Shown: one piece after another, positions 9,585 to 19,364 of the stretch | Position numbering within the stretch: position 1 is the stretch's first letter | How the letters are laid out: every line of letters begins with the position of its first letter | Origin: an uncultured Solirubrobacterales bacterium | GTDB lineage: Bacteria; Actinomycetota; Thermoleophilia; Solirubrobacterales; Solirubrobacteraceae | DNA: 64,000 nucleotides | Reading direction: 5' to 3' | Assembly (NCBI GenBank): GCA_963842005.1 | Contig: CAWJEV010000002.1 | Span: 981,484 to 1,045,483, forward strand | Translations under genes and position numbers: made by a program | Notes under the pieces: generated by a model | The model's database searches: none | What the model saw: only the letters and a program-made list of their open reading frames with translations | What the model was told of the DNA's origin: nothing

Positions 9585-12500
9585 TCAAACATGCTTCCTC
9601 TTGCCTTTCGCGTTCGTGTTCACAATTTTCTTGTGTGCCTTGTGTGTCCGGTGGTGTGTGTGGGTGGTTTTGTGTGGGCACCCGGTGGTCGTGATGGGTG
9701 TGCTCTGGTGGATGATGCCGCCGTCCTGGGCGAGGAATTCGGTGGGCATCGCGAGCTTGGCGGTGCAGAGGTTCCCGTGGGCTGCCAGGGCGGAGTACGG
9801 GCCCTCGGGGAGCGCGAGCTCGAAGGTGTAGACCGGGACGTCGGGAACCGACTTGAACGTGCTGCTCGTGATCCCGTGCTTGCTGATGAACGTCGAGCCG
9901 ACGAGGTCGACTGTGACGCCGTAGCCCTGCAGGACGACGATCAGGCTGGGAAATGCTTCGCCGCCGTGCGATACGAAGTAGGCTGGGCCTTCCAGGGGGA
10001 CCGGCAGGATCGGCGTGACGGCCTTCGCGTGCCCGACGACCGATGCGGCGGGGCAACGGGCGGGGTTCGCTTCGAACGTCGCGGCGGCGCACGCTTTCTG
10101 CAGCGTCTTCAGGCGGGAGGGCAGCTGGCGGGGGAGTTCGACTTTGACTCTCGCGATGTTCGACTGGCTGGATGCCTGGTTGGCGCCCAGCGGGCCGGTC
10201 GGGTAGACGAGCTTCGCGTCGAGGCTCGCACCGTTCGCCCGGGAGGTCTTCCCCGACGTCGAGACTTTGAAATCGGGTTTGAACTTCAAGCTGCGACACG
10301 AACCGACCTGGAAATGACTGGAGATCTGAGCGCTCGCGCCTTCGGTGCTCGTCGCTGTGCCGCTGAAGGCCATCGTGCTGCATCTCGTCGGGTTGAACAT
10401 GAACCCGGGACGGTCGATCACCGCGTCGATCGACCGCAGATCGGAGGGGACCCCGTCGACGATCGACGGCAACGGGCTCGTCGTGACGGTCAACTGCGAG
10501 GTATAGCGGTCAACTTCGATCCTCGCGCGCGTCACAATCGTGCCAAGGTTGAACGGGCCGACGACCAGCGGCACCACGATCGACAGGCCATACGGGGCAC
10601 CCCCATAGCCCCCGGTGAGATAGATCGGCGCGGGGGGGGACCCGGGCTGCGGCACGACCAGCGGATAGGGCCCGGGGCCTGCCTCCACGACCGTGTGCCC
10701 GATCTGCGAGGCTGCGGGGCACGTCCCGTCGGCTGCCTGCGGTTCGCCGCACAACGGGACCTTGCTGATCATCCCCAACAGGCCCTCCGGGGTCTTGAAC
10801 TGCAACGTCGAGATCCGCTGCTGCCCATCACCCCGCGTCAGCAGAAGCGAGAAGTCCGTGAACCCACCCGCCTGGTCGGTCGTCGACCCCGCGTCCAGCG
10901 AGGGGGCGAACGGCGCCGGGGAGGACGGGCACGCAGACCCCCCCGGGCCTTCGCTGAGCGCGAAGCTGCTCGACGGGAACACTTCGCTCACGAACGGCGT
11001 GCTCCACGGCACAAAATCCGTGCTCGTCGTATACACCCCGCACTGCACCGGGGTCGCGAGCGCTGCCTGCGCGCCACCGCTGAAGGACAGCTTCAGGTCG
11101 CTGAACGGCAGCTGCGGTGTCCCCTTGAACGTCGTCGTGAGCCGCCCCGTCGTTTCGTTCAGGCGGACGTCCCCAACGAACTTCACGTAGATCCCGTCCT
11201 GTGGGTCTTCCGGGGCGACGAGCAGCTTCAGGTCGGGGGGGTTGGACTGCAGCACGTACACGTTGCCTTCCAGCTTGTTCTTCAGCACAGGCGTCTGGAC
11301 CGCGACCTGCCCGACCTTCGAGTCCAACGGGCACGACGGCGGGCCTTCTTCGTCCAACCGAGCTTGCGCTTCCTGGCACGCGCCGAGCCCCGCGGCCTGC
11401 CCCGGGTTGACCACCACGCCTTCCGGGAGGGTCACCGTCGTGTCCTGGATATCGGACTCCGAGTTCGCACCAGAGTTGACGAGGCCTTCCTGGCCCATCT
11501 TCACTTCGAACGTCAAGCCCGCCGGGGTATCCGCACGCACAGTATCCGGCGAGACCGCGACCGCCGGCGCGAATTCCAGCGGGCTGCAACCCGTGAACGG
11601 GCCGATACTCGAAGGCACATTGACCTCCCGGCCCGGTTCTTCCCACGAGTTCACACTGAACACGGCCTGCAACGGTTCCGCGGTGCAATCCGTCGGGCTC
11701 GTCAGATACGGCACCGCGGGATTCGTCACCGGCTGACCCTCCGGGGCTTCTTCCAGCGTAACCGGGTTCGCCTCCCCCCTCGTTTCATTCACATAAAAAC
11801 AATCTCCTGCTTCTTCGCATTTGAGTCCTCGCATCAGATCGTGCTGGGATTCCGCCGGGACACCCCACACGGTAAACGAGGTACCATCGATCGCTATCGA
11901 ACTGTCCTGGATTTTCGTGAAGTTCGTGCGCACCGCATAATCACCAGGCGTCAGCGAGATCGTGCCCTGGATGCCAAACCTTTCGATGACCGTGAAGCCA
12001 AGCTTGGCGATTTCACCAGGGTTAGTCGTCAGATTCAACAACGGCCGCACAAAAGTACCCCGCAAAGCACCAAGATTCCAATAAACAATCACCGACCCGA
12101 CGACCGCGCTCAACGAGCAGTGCAGCGCGCCGTCGCTCTCTTCGCTGAAACCCGCGATCGGGCACTTCGGGGTATCCGCGAGATCACCAACGAACCCCGG
12201 CGGCAAAGTCGCACCGGCTTCCCTCACATTACCCGAGAACAACCCTTCACTCACACTATTGAACTCGAACGTCGTCGTCAGGTCGGGGTGAGCGCCAGCC
12301 TGAGTACTCGACAACGCGCTCACCGTCGAACCAGGAGCAATACCAAACACAGCCGCAGAAGAACTGATCACAGTCGGCGTCTCCCGGCTGGCTTCCACCC
12401 CGCCCCCACCCGACACCGTCACCATATTCGTCACACTCGACCACTCCCGAACACCGCCTTCCACTTCTACAGGAACCTTCATTTCAAGAACATTACCAAC

Positions 12501-12833
12501 CCCAACAACACCCGAAAACACACACGTCAAACCCACACAGCTCATCGGCGCCGCAGTCTCAAAATACAACCCCGAAACAGGTTCAGCGCCAGCCCTCAAA
12601 CCCACCGGCAGCACATCCGACACACTCACCGCTTCACCATCACTCGGACCACCACCAGTATTCTGCACACGCACCGTATAAAAACCCGAACCCCCAGGCG
12701 CCAAATTCGTCGGAGTAGAAAACCCAGTCACCGTCCACTGCGGAACCCCCCCAACACCCAACGCACCCACCGGCACACACAACACCACCAACACACACGA
12801 CACCCCGACCAACGACACACACCGCTTACACAT
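9585..12833 (-). CDS. Large secreted protein B, copy 2 (1082 aa, uncharacterised, four internal repeats)
   Basis: Intact ORF with a Val/Cys/Gly-rich signal peptide, an N-terminal DUF11-like Ig segment (YTVRVQNTGGGPSDGEAVSVSDVLP), four LP.G...C...CP..S.VG repeats and a His/Lys-rich tail. Confidence 0.9.
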   Translation of the reverse strand: MCKRCVSLVGVSCVLVVLCVPVGALGVGGVPQWTVTGFSTPTNLAPGGSGFYTVRVQNTGGGPSDGEAVSVSDVLPVGLRAGAEPVSGLYFETAAPMSCVGLTCVFSGVVGVGNVLEMKVPVEVEGGVREWSSVTNMVTVSGGGGVEASRETPTVISSSAAVFGIAPGSTVSALSSTQAGAHPDLTTTFEFNSVSEGLFSGNVREAGATLPPGFVGDLADTPKCPIAGFSEESDGALHCSLSAVVGSVIVYWNLGALRGTFVRPLLNLTTNPGEIAKLGFTVIERFGIQGTISLTPGDYAVRTNFTKIQDSSIAIDGTSFTVWGVPAESQHDLMRGLKCEEAGDCFYVNETRGEANPVTLEEAPEGQPVTNPAVPYLTSPTDCTAEPLQAVFSVNSWEEPGREVNVPSSIGPFTGCSPLEFAPAVAVSPDTVRADTPAGLTFEVKMGQEGLVNSGANSESDIQDTTVTLPEGVVVNPGQAAGLGACQEAQARLDEEGPPSCPLDSKVGQVAVQTPVLKNKLEGNVYVLQSNPPDLKLLVAPEDPQDGIYVKFVGDVRLNETTGRLTTTFKGTPQLPFSDLKLSFSGGAQAALATPVQCGVYTTSTDFVPWSTPFVSEVFPSSSFALSEGPGGSACPSSPAPFAPSLDAGSTTDQAGGFTDFSLLLTRGDGQQRISTLQFKTPEGLLGMISKVPLCGEPQAADGTCPAASQIGHTVVEAGPGPYPLVVPQPGSPPAPIYLTGGYGGAPYGLSIVVPLVVGPFNLGTIVTRARIEVDRYTSQLTVTTSPLPSIVDGVPSDLRSIDAVIDRPGFMFNPTRCSTMAFSGTATSTEGASAQISSHFQVGSCRSLKFKPDFKVSTSGKTSRANGASLDAKLVYPTGPLGANQASSQSNIARVKVELPRQLPSRLKTLQKACAAATFEANPARCPAASVVGHAKAVTPILPVPLEGPAYFVSHGGEAFPSLIVVLQGYGVTVDLVGSTFISKHGITSSTFKSVPDVPVYTFELALPEGPYSALAAHGNLCTAKLAMPTEFLAQDGGIIHQSTPITTTGCPHKTTHTHHRTHKAHKKIVNTNAKGKRKHV

Positions 12834-12835
12834 AA

Positions 12836-15250
12836 CTACTTCCTCTCTTTAACCGAACGCTTAACACGCTTCTTGACCTTTACACACCTACCACGCCTCC
12901 TCACAAACCCCGACCTACACTTCTTCTTCGGGACCGTTTCCACCGCTGCTTCGGACGGCGAGAAGTTCCCCACACCATCAAACGTCACACTCGCAGGCGT
13001 CGCGAACACCGGTGGCGCCGCCGGCACACCCTGACACCCCGTACCCGTACACGCAGGCGGCACAACACCCACAAACCCACCACCCACACGCGCATCATAA
13101 ATATCCGCCGCCTGATCAGTATCCGCCGCAGACAACTGAGCATGCGTCACAAAAAACACATTATTCCCATCCGCACTCGAACCAAGCAAAAACGCGTCAC
13201 CCGGATCACTCGGCGAACTAATCAACGAAATCACACCACCATGCCACTCATACACATGATTCCGACCCGGCAAAGCCTGCGGCACCAACACATTCGCCGA
13301 TTCAAAAAACACCTGTTCGCCATCTTCAGACACCGGACGCGGCGGCCCAACCCCCGCAGATTCAAAGTGAGTACGCGCGAAATACGCACCATCCACCGGA
13401 TTCACCCCCCCACACGACACACACACCAAACCACCCGACGCCGCATCATAACGAAACAACTCATAACACCCTTCAGGCGCTAGTATACCAGTGTAGTTGT
13501 TCGGGCATTTCGGTCCCGGAGCGTGAGTATTGTCAAACTCGGTCAACGGAAGTGCAGTCCCAAACACCAAAAACTGCCCATCCCCCGTCGTATACCACTC
13601 CTTTACGTCGGTTACACCGTCGCCTTCGGTACCTTCGGATCCACCGAATTCAGCGGAATCCCATTCCGAAACCTGACCAAATTTTCCCGGGTAGTCGTAT
13701 TTGTTGAGTTTGGTGATGTATGTCGTTTCTCCGGTGAGGGTGTCGTAGCGGTACAGGTTGACCGGGTACTCGCCGACGAAGCTTTCCGCTTTTCCGGGCG
13801 GGTATTGCGACGCTCCGCTGGCGAGGTTGCCATACGCGCTGAAATACACCGTCGCGCCGTCGCTGGAGACTGCTGTGACGTTCTCGACGTCGCCTTCGAG
13901 CGTTTCCGACGGCCCTCCAGAGATGAGCGTCAGCGCTTTTTCCCCTTCGCGAGGTTCCATGTTGTACTCATACAACTCGGGGGTGTGCCCCACGTCGCCT
14001 TCCACGGCGCCCTTGGTCAGCTCCATCTTCGTCATGAAGAACACCTTCGACCCGTCCGCAGACGCGCCCACGAACACCGACAGCAACAGTGGGTTTTCCG
14101 TCGTGCCGACTTTCACGCCCGCTTCAGGCGCCGAGATCTCAACCGTCCTCGAGACCGTCTTCGCGCAGATACAGACTCAGGCGGGTTTTCCTGCGGGCTC
14201 CCGGGGTTCCAACAACCCACACCGCTCGCTTCCGGCTCCGGGGCCGTGAAAAAGATCCGCGAGCCATCACTCGAGACCGCGCTGTACTCTTTACCTTTAT
14301 GTCCGAAGAGGCTCCCCCCCTGTCCGAGGGTCGCACCGCAGGGCATCGCCCGGCCTTCGACGTTGACGTCGACGAGCCTGCAACTCGACGTCCCAGGAGC
14401 GCATTCCCCGCCGCCGGCCGTTTCGTAGATCGCTTCGGTCCCCGTGTCCTGACCTCCCGCGCCCGCCGCCAGCGAATGATTCTCGCCCTCCAATACCACA
14501 CGACTCAAATTTTCAGAGCTCCCAACCATTTCGACCTGTTCTTCACTGTTCATCGTGGCGGACCCGCTGAGCGAGAACAACGGCGCATACGGGCCCCCCA
14601 CAGGACCAGCCAACTCCAACTCCATCCGCCGATAGGCGGATTCCTCGCCGTTCCGCAACTCGCTGAGCGTCCCAACTTCATCATTGAAACCAACCGCGGA
14701 GAGATCCCGAGGATCAAACACAAATTCAGGTTTTTCTCCGACCTCCTGAGACGCCGCGATCGACGGCGCCAGAACATTCATACCCCACCCTCCAGACCCC
14801 GCGCGAGAAAACATACGCCGACGCGGCGGCAGAAGCATCCGCCGCGAACGAACCACTCGTTTTGACCAGAATCGCATCCCCATCTTCCGCGACATACGCC
14901 TGGTTACCCGGACCAACGGCGATCCCTTCATTGCCCCCCCCGGCTACGCGGCTGAAGATGTCGACAGCGTCGCCCTTGTCCACCGGCGTCACCTGCTCAT
15001 AGACACGACATTCAGGCAAGTTCACAGAGGGACCCTGGCGCGAGGCTTCATTGGGACACACTTCGGCAGCCCACGCACTCCCCACAGGAACCCCCACAAA
15101 CCCCACCACGAGCAACGCCGCCATCAACCCCACCAGAGCCACGAACCACGCAAACTCCACCCGGCGCACCCCACCCACAAACACAGAACAGACATCACCC
15201 AACCGCACCCGATCGACTCCGCCTCCCCACTCCCTCATCTCATCTCCCAT
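12836..15250 (-). CDS. Secreted protein A, copy 2 (at least two frameshifts, near 14800 and 14115-14190)
   Basis: Joins ORFs 14726..15346, 14113..14931 and 12836..14116. Paralog of 1543..3958. Its stop is 2 nt before the B start. Confidence 0.75.
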
Positions 15251-15366
15251 CCCTAGCTCCGTTGAAGATACAAGACCAGAACCTCTCACCGCGAACACCC
15301 ATACCAGTCGGAGTGAGGCCGACCCACGCCGGCCCCACCCCAACACTCAACGACAATCAAACACTG

Positions 15367-16090
15367 CTATTTGGAGGCTCGAAGAGCCCAACCACTCGCC
15401 AGTAATATCGCGATACTCCCCGACACATTACCGGTTTCTTTCCCGGTGCTCGTACAGTTCGCCTTAGGTTTATTCGGGTTAATGAAATTAGCTAACACTA
15501 ATAACGCAGCCAGATTACCCGGAGTATTCTTATTTTCCAGAACCACTAACCCCGGTCCGGTACATACGTTTGTTGCAACTACACCGAAGGCCCTACAAGT
15601 CACCGTATAGCCAGGTTCGCCGTTTCCGCCATTTCTGATCGTATCGTGTAGCAAACCTTCGGTTTCCTTTATTTCTGAATTCCACGGCAGATTCACTGCT
15701 GTGGCACCACTTTCGAGTTTTTCGCAGTTTTCACCTGCTTCGCATTTTTCTGTTTTAACGGTCGTGGTCTGATCTGTCCCATTAGGGCCAATCCATCCTG
15801 TGTCGGTCCCTGAGCACTTGACTACGACCTCACCGAGGGCAGTTTTGGATTCTAGTTTCAGTGACCCCTGGGTTCTGGTCGCTTCCGTCGTTTTGGGTTC
15901 ACTCCATTCCCATTTACCACCGGCTTCTGCTTTTTCGCATTGATGGTTTGACCACTTCGTAGCCGTACTGTTTTCATGAGATGGTAAACACACTAACCAG
16001 TGTGGTGCTGCCGAAGCGGTCCCCGCTGCGACCATGCTCATCACGAACACGGCCGCGAGGCAGAGACCCCGCGATACGTATGAACCTCAT
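15367..16090 (-). CDS. Small secreted protein S, copy 3 (+1 frameshift in the signal peptide at 16067-16070)
   Basis: AAGGAG RBS and ATG at 16090 (MRFIRIAG). Continues as ORF 15367..16050. Confidence 0.8.
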
Positions 16091-16173
16091 TGTCTACAAC
16101 TCCTTTGTATCTCGATTTGGATGTTCGTCTGATGATTCGTTGATGTTGGTTGAGGTTTGGTCCAGATCCGACT

Positions 16174-16192
16174 TTGTAACTGACTGTCACAA
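16174..16192. promoter_or_regulatory. Palindrome TTGTAAC-N5-GTCACAA upstream of S copy 3
   Basis: Identical to 4887..4905. Confidence 0.5.
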
Positions 16193-16470
16193 TCTCTTCT
16201 CGATCCATTCGAGCGCTATCGCGATCGTTGGTTCGATTCGAGTACAGCACAATTCTACGAGCTCTTCAAGGGAATTGGAAGGACTGTCTCTGACTCGCCG
16301 GACCAGCTCCACCATCGAGGCTCGATCGAAGGCTGCAGGTACAACCATACACGACCGTCCAGAGAGATGGAAGACCCAAACGTCTCGACCGCCCAAACCG
16401 CCCTAACGGGCGAGAAAACTGCATCCGAGGAATGTTTCCGACCGGGCCGCCGGAGGCGCCCGGCGAACGA

Positions 16471-18567
16471 CTACGCGTGCGCCGCAGCGCGCTCCCCGCC
16501 GGCCTGCTCCACGACCTTCTGGGCCAGGTGGGCAGGGAGCTCCTCGTAGCGCAGGAGCTCCATCGTGTAGTCGCCCTGGCCGCCCGTGATCGAGCGCAGG
16601 TCGGGGGCGTAGCTGAGCATCTCGGACATCGGGACCTCCGCCCTGATCTCCGTCACCGCGCCCGCCGGCTCCATCCCCTGGGGGCGCCCACGACGGCTGT
16701 TCAGGTCGCCGATCACGTCTCCCACTGAGGACTCCGGGACCGAGACCGTGACCAGCATGACCGGCTCCAACAGCACCGGGTCGGCCTGCTCGAGCGCCTG
16801 GCGCATCGCCGCCGCACCCGCCAGCTTGAAAGCGATCTCCGAAGAGTCCACCGTGTGGTAGGAGCCGTCGAAGAGCCGCACGCGCACGCCCTTCACCGGG
16901 AAGCCCGCCAGCACACCCGCGTCCATCGCCTCGCGCACCCCCTTCTCGACCGCGGGGATGAACGAGCTCGGGATCACACCGCCCTTGATCTGGTTGACGA
17001 ACTCGAACTCGGGCAGCGCGGCGTCCGGCGAGCTCGCGGCGTCCTTCAGCGGCTCGATCTCGATATGGCAGTCCCCGAACTGGCCGCGGCCACCGGACTG
17101 CTTCCTGTGGCGCCCGTGCGCCTTCGCGGTGCCGCGGATCGTCTCCCGGTAGGGCACCCGCGGCGGCTTCAGCGAGACCTCGACCCCGAAGCGCCGGCGC
17201 AGGCGGTCCACTACCACCTCGACGTGTACCTGCGAGAGGCCCGCCACGATCTGCTCTCCCGTCTGCGCGTCGCGGTGCAGGTCGATCGTGGGGTCCTCCT
17301 CCTGCAGGCGGCGCAGCGAGGCGAACACCTTCTCCTCCTCCCCCCTGCTCTGCGCCTCGATCGCGAACGCCATCACCGGCGCCGGCAGCTTCAGAGCGGG
17401 CAGCTCGACCGGCTCGTCCCGCGCGGCCAGCCAATCCCCCGAGCGGGTCTCCTTGAGCTTCGCCACCGCCCCGACGTCCCCCGGGCCGAGCTCCTCGACG
17501 TGTACGACCTCCCTGCCCGCGAACGTGAGCAGCTGGCCGATCCGCTCCCTGACGTGGGCGCGGGTGTTCACCACATGGCTGTCGTGGCGCACCGTCCCCT
17601 GGTAGACCCGCAGCAGGTTGACCCTCCCCGCGAACGGGTCCGCGCGAGTCTTGAAGACGAACGCAAACAGCTCCCGGTCCTCCAGCGGCTCGAGCTCCAC
17701 TTCCCCCGCTTTCAGCGCCCCGTGCTTGACGGGGGAGGGCAGATCCTCGACGATCGCGTCCAGCAGACGCGTCGTGCCGAGGTTCCCGGTCGCGACCCCG
17801 CACACCACCGGGAAGATGCGCCCGTGGTTGGTGCCCTCCTTCAGCGCCCCCACGATCTCCTCGTGGAAGATCTCCTCGCCCTCCAGGTAGCGCTCCATCA
17901 ACGCGTCGGAGACCTCCGCCACCTCGTCCATCAGCTTCTCGCGGTACTCCTGCGCCTGCTGCGAGTACTCCTCGGGGATCGCGACCTCCGTCCACCCCCG
18001 CCGCTGCGCGGAGTCCTGGCGGAAGGCCCGCATGTCCACCAGGTCGATCACCCCGCGCAACTCGTGCTCGGCGCCCCACGGGATCTCCGTCGCGACCACG
18101 TGCCGGCCGAAGGCCCCCTTCAACTGCTCGAGCGTCCGGAAGAAGTCGGCGCGCTCGCGGTCGAGCATGTTCACGAACACCATCCGCGCGGCGTCCTGCG
18201 CGGCCGCGCGCTCCCACAGGCGGGCGGTGGAGACCTCGACCCCCATCACCGCGTTGACCACGAACACCGCCGACTCGCAGACCCGCAGCGCCCCCACCGC
18301 GTCGGCGACGAAGCTCGGCTCCCCCGGGGTGTCCAGCAGGTTGATCTTGCGCTCGGCCCACTCGAAGGAGCTCAGCGCGGTGGAGATCGACATCTGCCGC
18401 GCCTGCTCGTCGGGGTCGGCGTCGGAGACCGTGTTGCCGTCCACGACCGACCCCAGGCGGCTCGTGACCCCCGCCTCGAACAGCAGCGCCTCGTGCAGCG
18501 ACGTCTTCCCCGCGCCGCGGTGTCCGACGAGGGCGACGTTGCGAATCCTGTCCGCCGGCGTGTGCAT
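16471..18567 (-). CDS. fusA: Elongation factor G-like GTPase (EF-G2/FusA paralog)
   Basis: RNVALVGHRGAGKTSL P-loop, NLLDTPG, domain IV GRHRKQSGGRGQFG and SEIAFKLA. The divergent G motifs suggest a paralog rather than the str-operon EF-G. Confidence 0.9.
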   Translation of the reverse strand: MHTPADRIRNVALVGHRGAGKTSLHEALLFEAGVTSRLGSVVDGNTVSDADPDEQARQMSISTALSSFEWAERKINLLDTPGEPSFVADAVGALRVCESAVFVVNAVMGVEVSTARLWERAAAQDAARMVFVNMLDRERADFFRTLEQLKGAFGRHVVATEIPWGAEHELRGVIDLVDMRAFRQDSAQRRGWTEVAIPEEYSQQAQEYREKLMDEVAEVSDALMERYLEGEEIFHEEIVGALKEGTNHGRIFPVVCGVATGNLGTTRLLDAIVEDLPSPVKHGALKAGEVELEPLEDRELFAFVFKTRADPFAGRVNLLRVYQGTVRHDSHVVNTRAHVRERIGQLLTFAGREVVHVEELGPGDVGAVAKLKETRSGDWLAARDEPVELPALKLPAPVMAFAIEAQSRGEEEKVFASLRRLQEEDPTIDLHRDAQTGEQIVAGLSQVHVEVVVDRLRRRFGVEVSLKPPRVPYRETIRGTAKAHGRHRKQSGGRGQFGDCHIEIEPLKDAASSPDAALPEFEFVNQIKGGVIPSSFIPAVEKGVREAMDAGVLAGFPVKGVRVRLFDGSYHTVDSSEIAFKLAGAAAMRQALEQADPVLLEPVMLVTVSVPESSVGDVIGDLNSRRGRPQGMEPAGAVTEIRAEVPMSEMLSYAPDLRSITGGQGDYTMELLRYEELPAHLAQKVVEQAGGERAAAHA

Positions 18568-19350
18568 CTAATCGAAAGTATCGCCCTGCATTCTCGAGCG
18601 CAAGCGCAGCACCGCCTTCGTGTGCAGCTGGGAGATGCGCGACTCCGTCACGCCCAGCACCTCACCGATCTCCCTGAGCGTGAGGTTCTCGTAGTAGTAC
18701 AGCGCGATCACCAGCTTCTCCCGCTCGGGCAGGCGCGCGATCGCGTCCGCGATGCGGTCCTTCATGTCCCCCACGTCCAGCGACCGCGCCGGGTCCGGGG
18801 CGCCCGGGTCCTCGATGGTGTCCATCAGCGACACCTGGTCGCCGCTCGAGTCCGACACGCTCCACAGCTCGTCGAGCGCCGCGATCGAGGAGTGGGAGAT
18901 CGCCAGCAGCGACTCCTGCAGTTCCTCCTCGGTGATCTGCAGCTCGCCCGCGAGCTCTGCGTCGGTTGCCGCGCGCTGCAGGCGGTGCTCGAGCTTCGCG
19001 TTGGCGCGCTCGATCTCACGCGCGCGGGCGCGCACGCTGCGGGGCACCCAGTCCATCGCGCGCAGCTCGTCGATGATCGCGCCCTTGATGCGCGTGATCG
19101 CGTACGTCTCGAACTTGATCTCGCGCGAGGGGTCGAAGCGCTCGATCGCCGAGATCAGGCCCACGAGGCCGTAGGAGATCAGGTCCGCCTCCTCCACGTG
19201 CGGGGGCAGACCGGCCGCGGTGCGGCCCGCCACGTACTTGACCAGCGGCGAGTACGCCACGACCAAGCGCTCCCGCGCCCGCCGGTCACCCTCGGACTTG
19301 TAGCGCTTCCACAGGTCGCGAAGCTCGACCGTCTTGACGTTGGTCTCCAG
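18568..19350 (-). CDS. whiG: FliA/WhiG-family RNA polymerase sigma factor (probable CTG start)
   Basis: Motifs YSPLVKYVAGR, DLISYGLVGLISAIERFD and IGEVLGVTESRISQLH. The in-frame extension CTG-ETNVKTVELRDLWKRY is bounded by an in-frame TAG two codons upstream, with GGAG 6 nt before the CTG. Confidence 0.88.
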   Translation of the reverse strand: METNVKTVELRDLWKRYKSEGDRRARERLVVAYSPLVKYVAGRTAAGLPPHVEEADLISYGLVGLISAIERFDPSREIKFETYAITRIKGAIIDELRAMDWVPRSVRARAREIERANAKLEHRLQRAATDAELAGELQITEEELQESLLAISHSSIAALDELWSVSDSSGDQVSLMDTIEDPGAPDPARSLDVGDMKDRIADAIARLPEREKLVIALYYYENLTLREIGEVLGVTESRISQLHTKAVLRLRSRMQGDTFD

Positions 19351-19364
19351 GATCTACTCCGCTT

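Noticed and set aside
9575-9590. EBS1 of the outer intron pairing with ACCATC at 9581-9586
   Set aside because: The match is on the wrong strand and 12 nt from the junction, so probably coincidental.
8991-13034. 1347-aa plus-strand ORF and other long antisense ORFs (e.g. 16855..19428, 23841..26435, 36589..38358)
   Set aside because: Shadow frames of genuine minus-strand genes. Biased high-GC codon usage makes antisense stops rare, and the translations are Arg/His/Pro-rich with no motifs.
6923-16090. Diversity-generating retroelement (RT next to repeated, divergent genes)
   Set aside because: The RT is a group II intron maturase with X domain and flanking domains V/VI. Differences between paralogs are not adenine-specific, and I saw no TR/VR pair or Avd-like gene.
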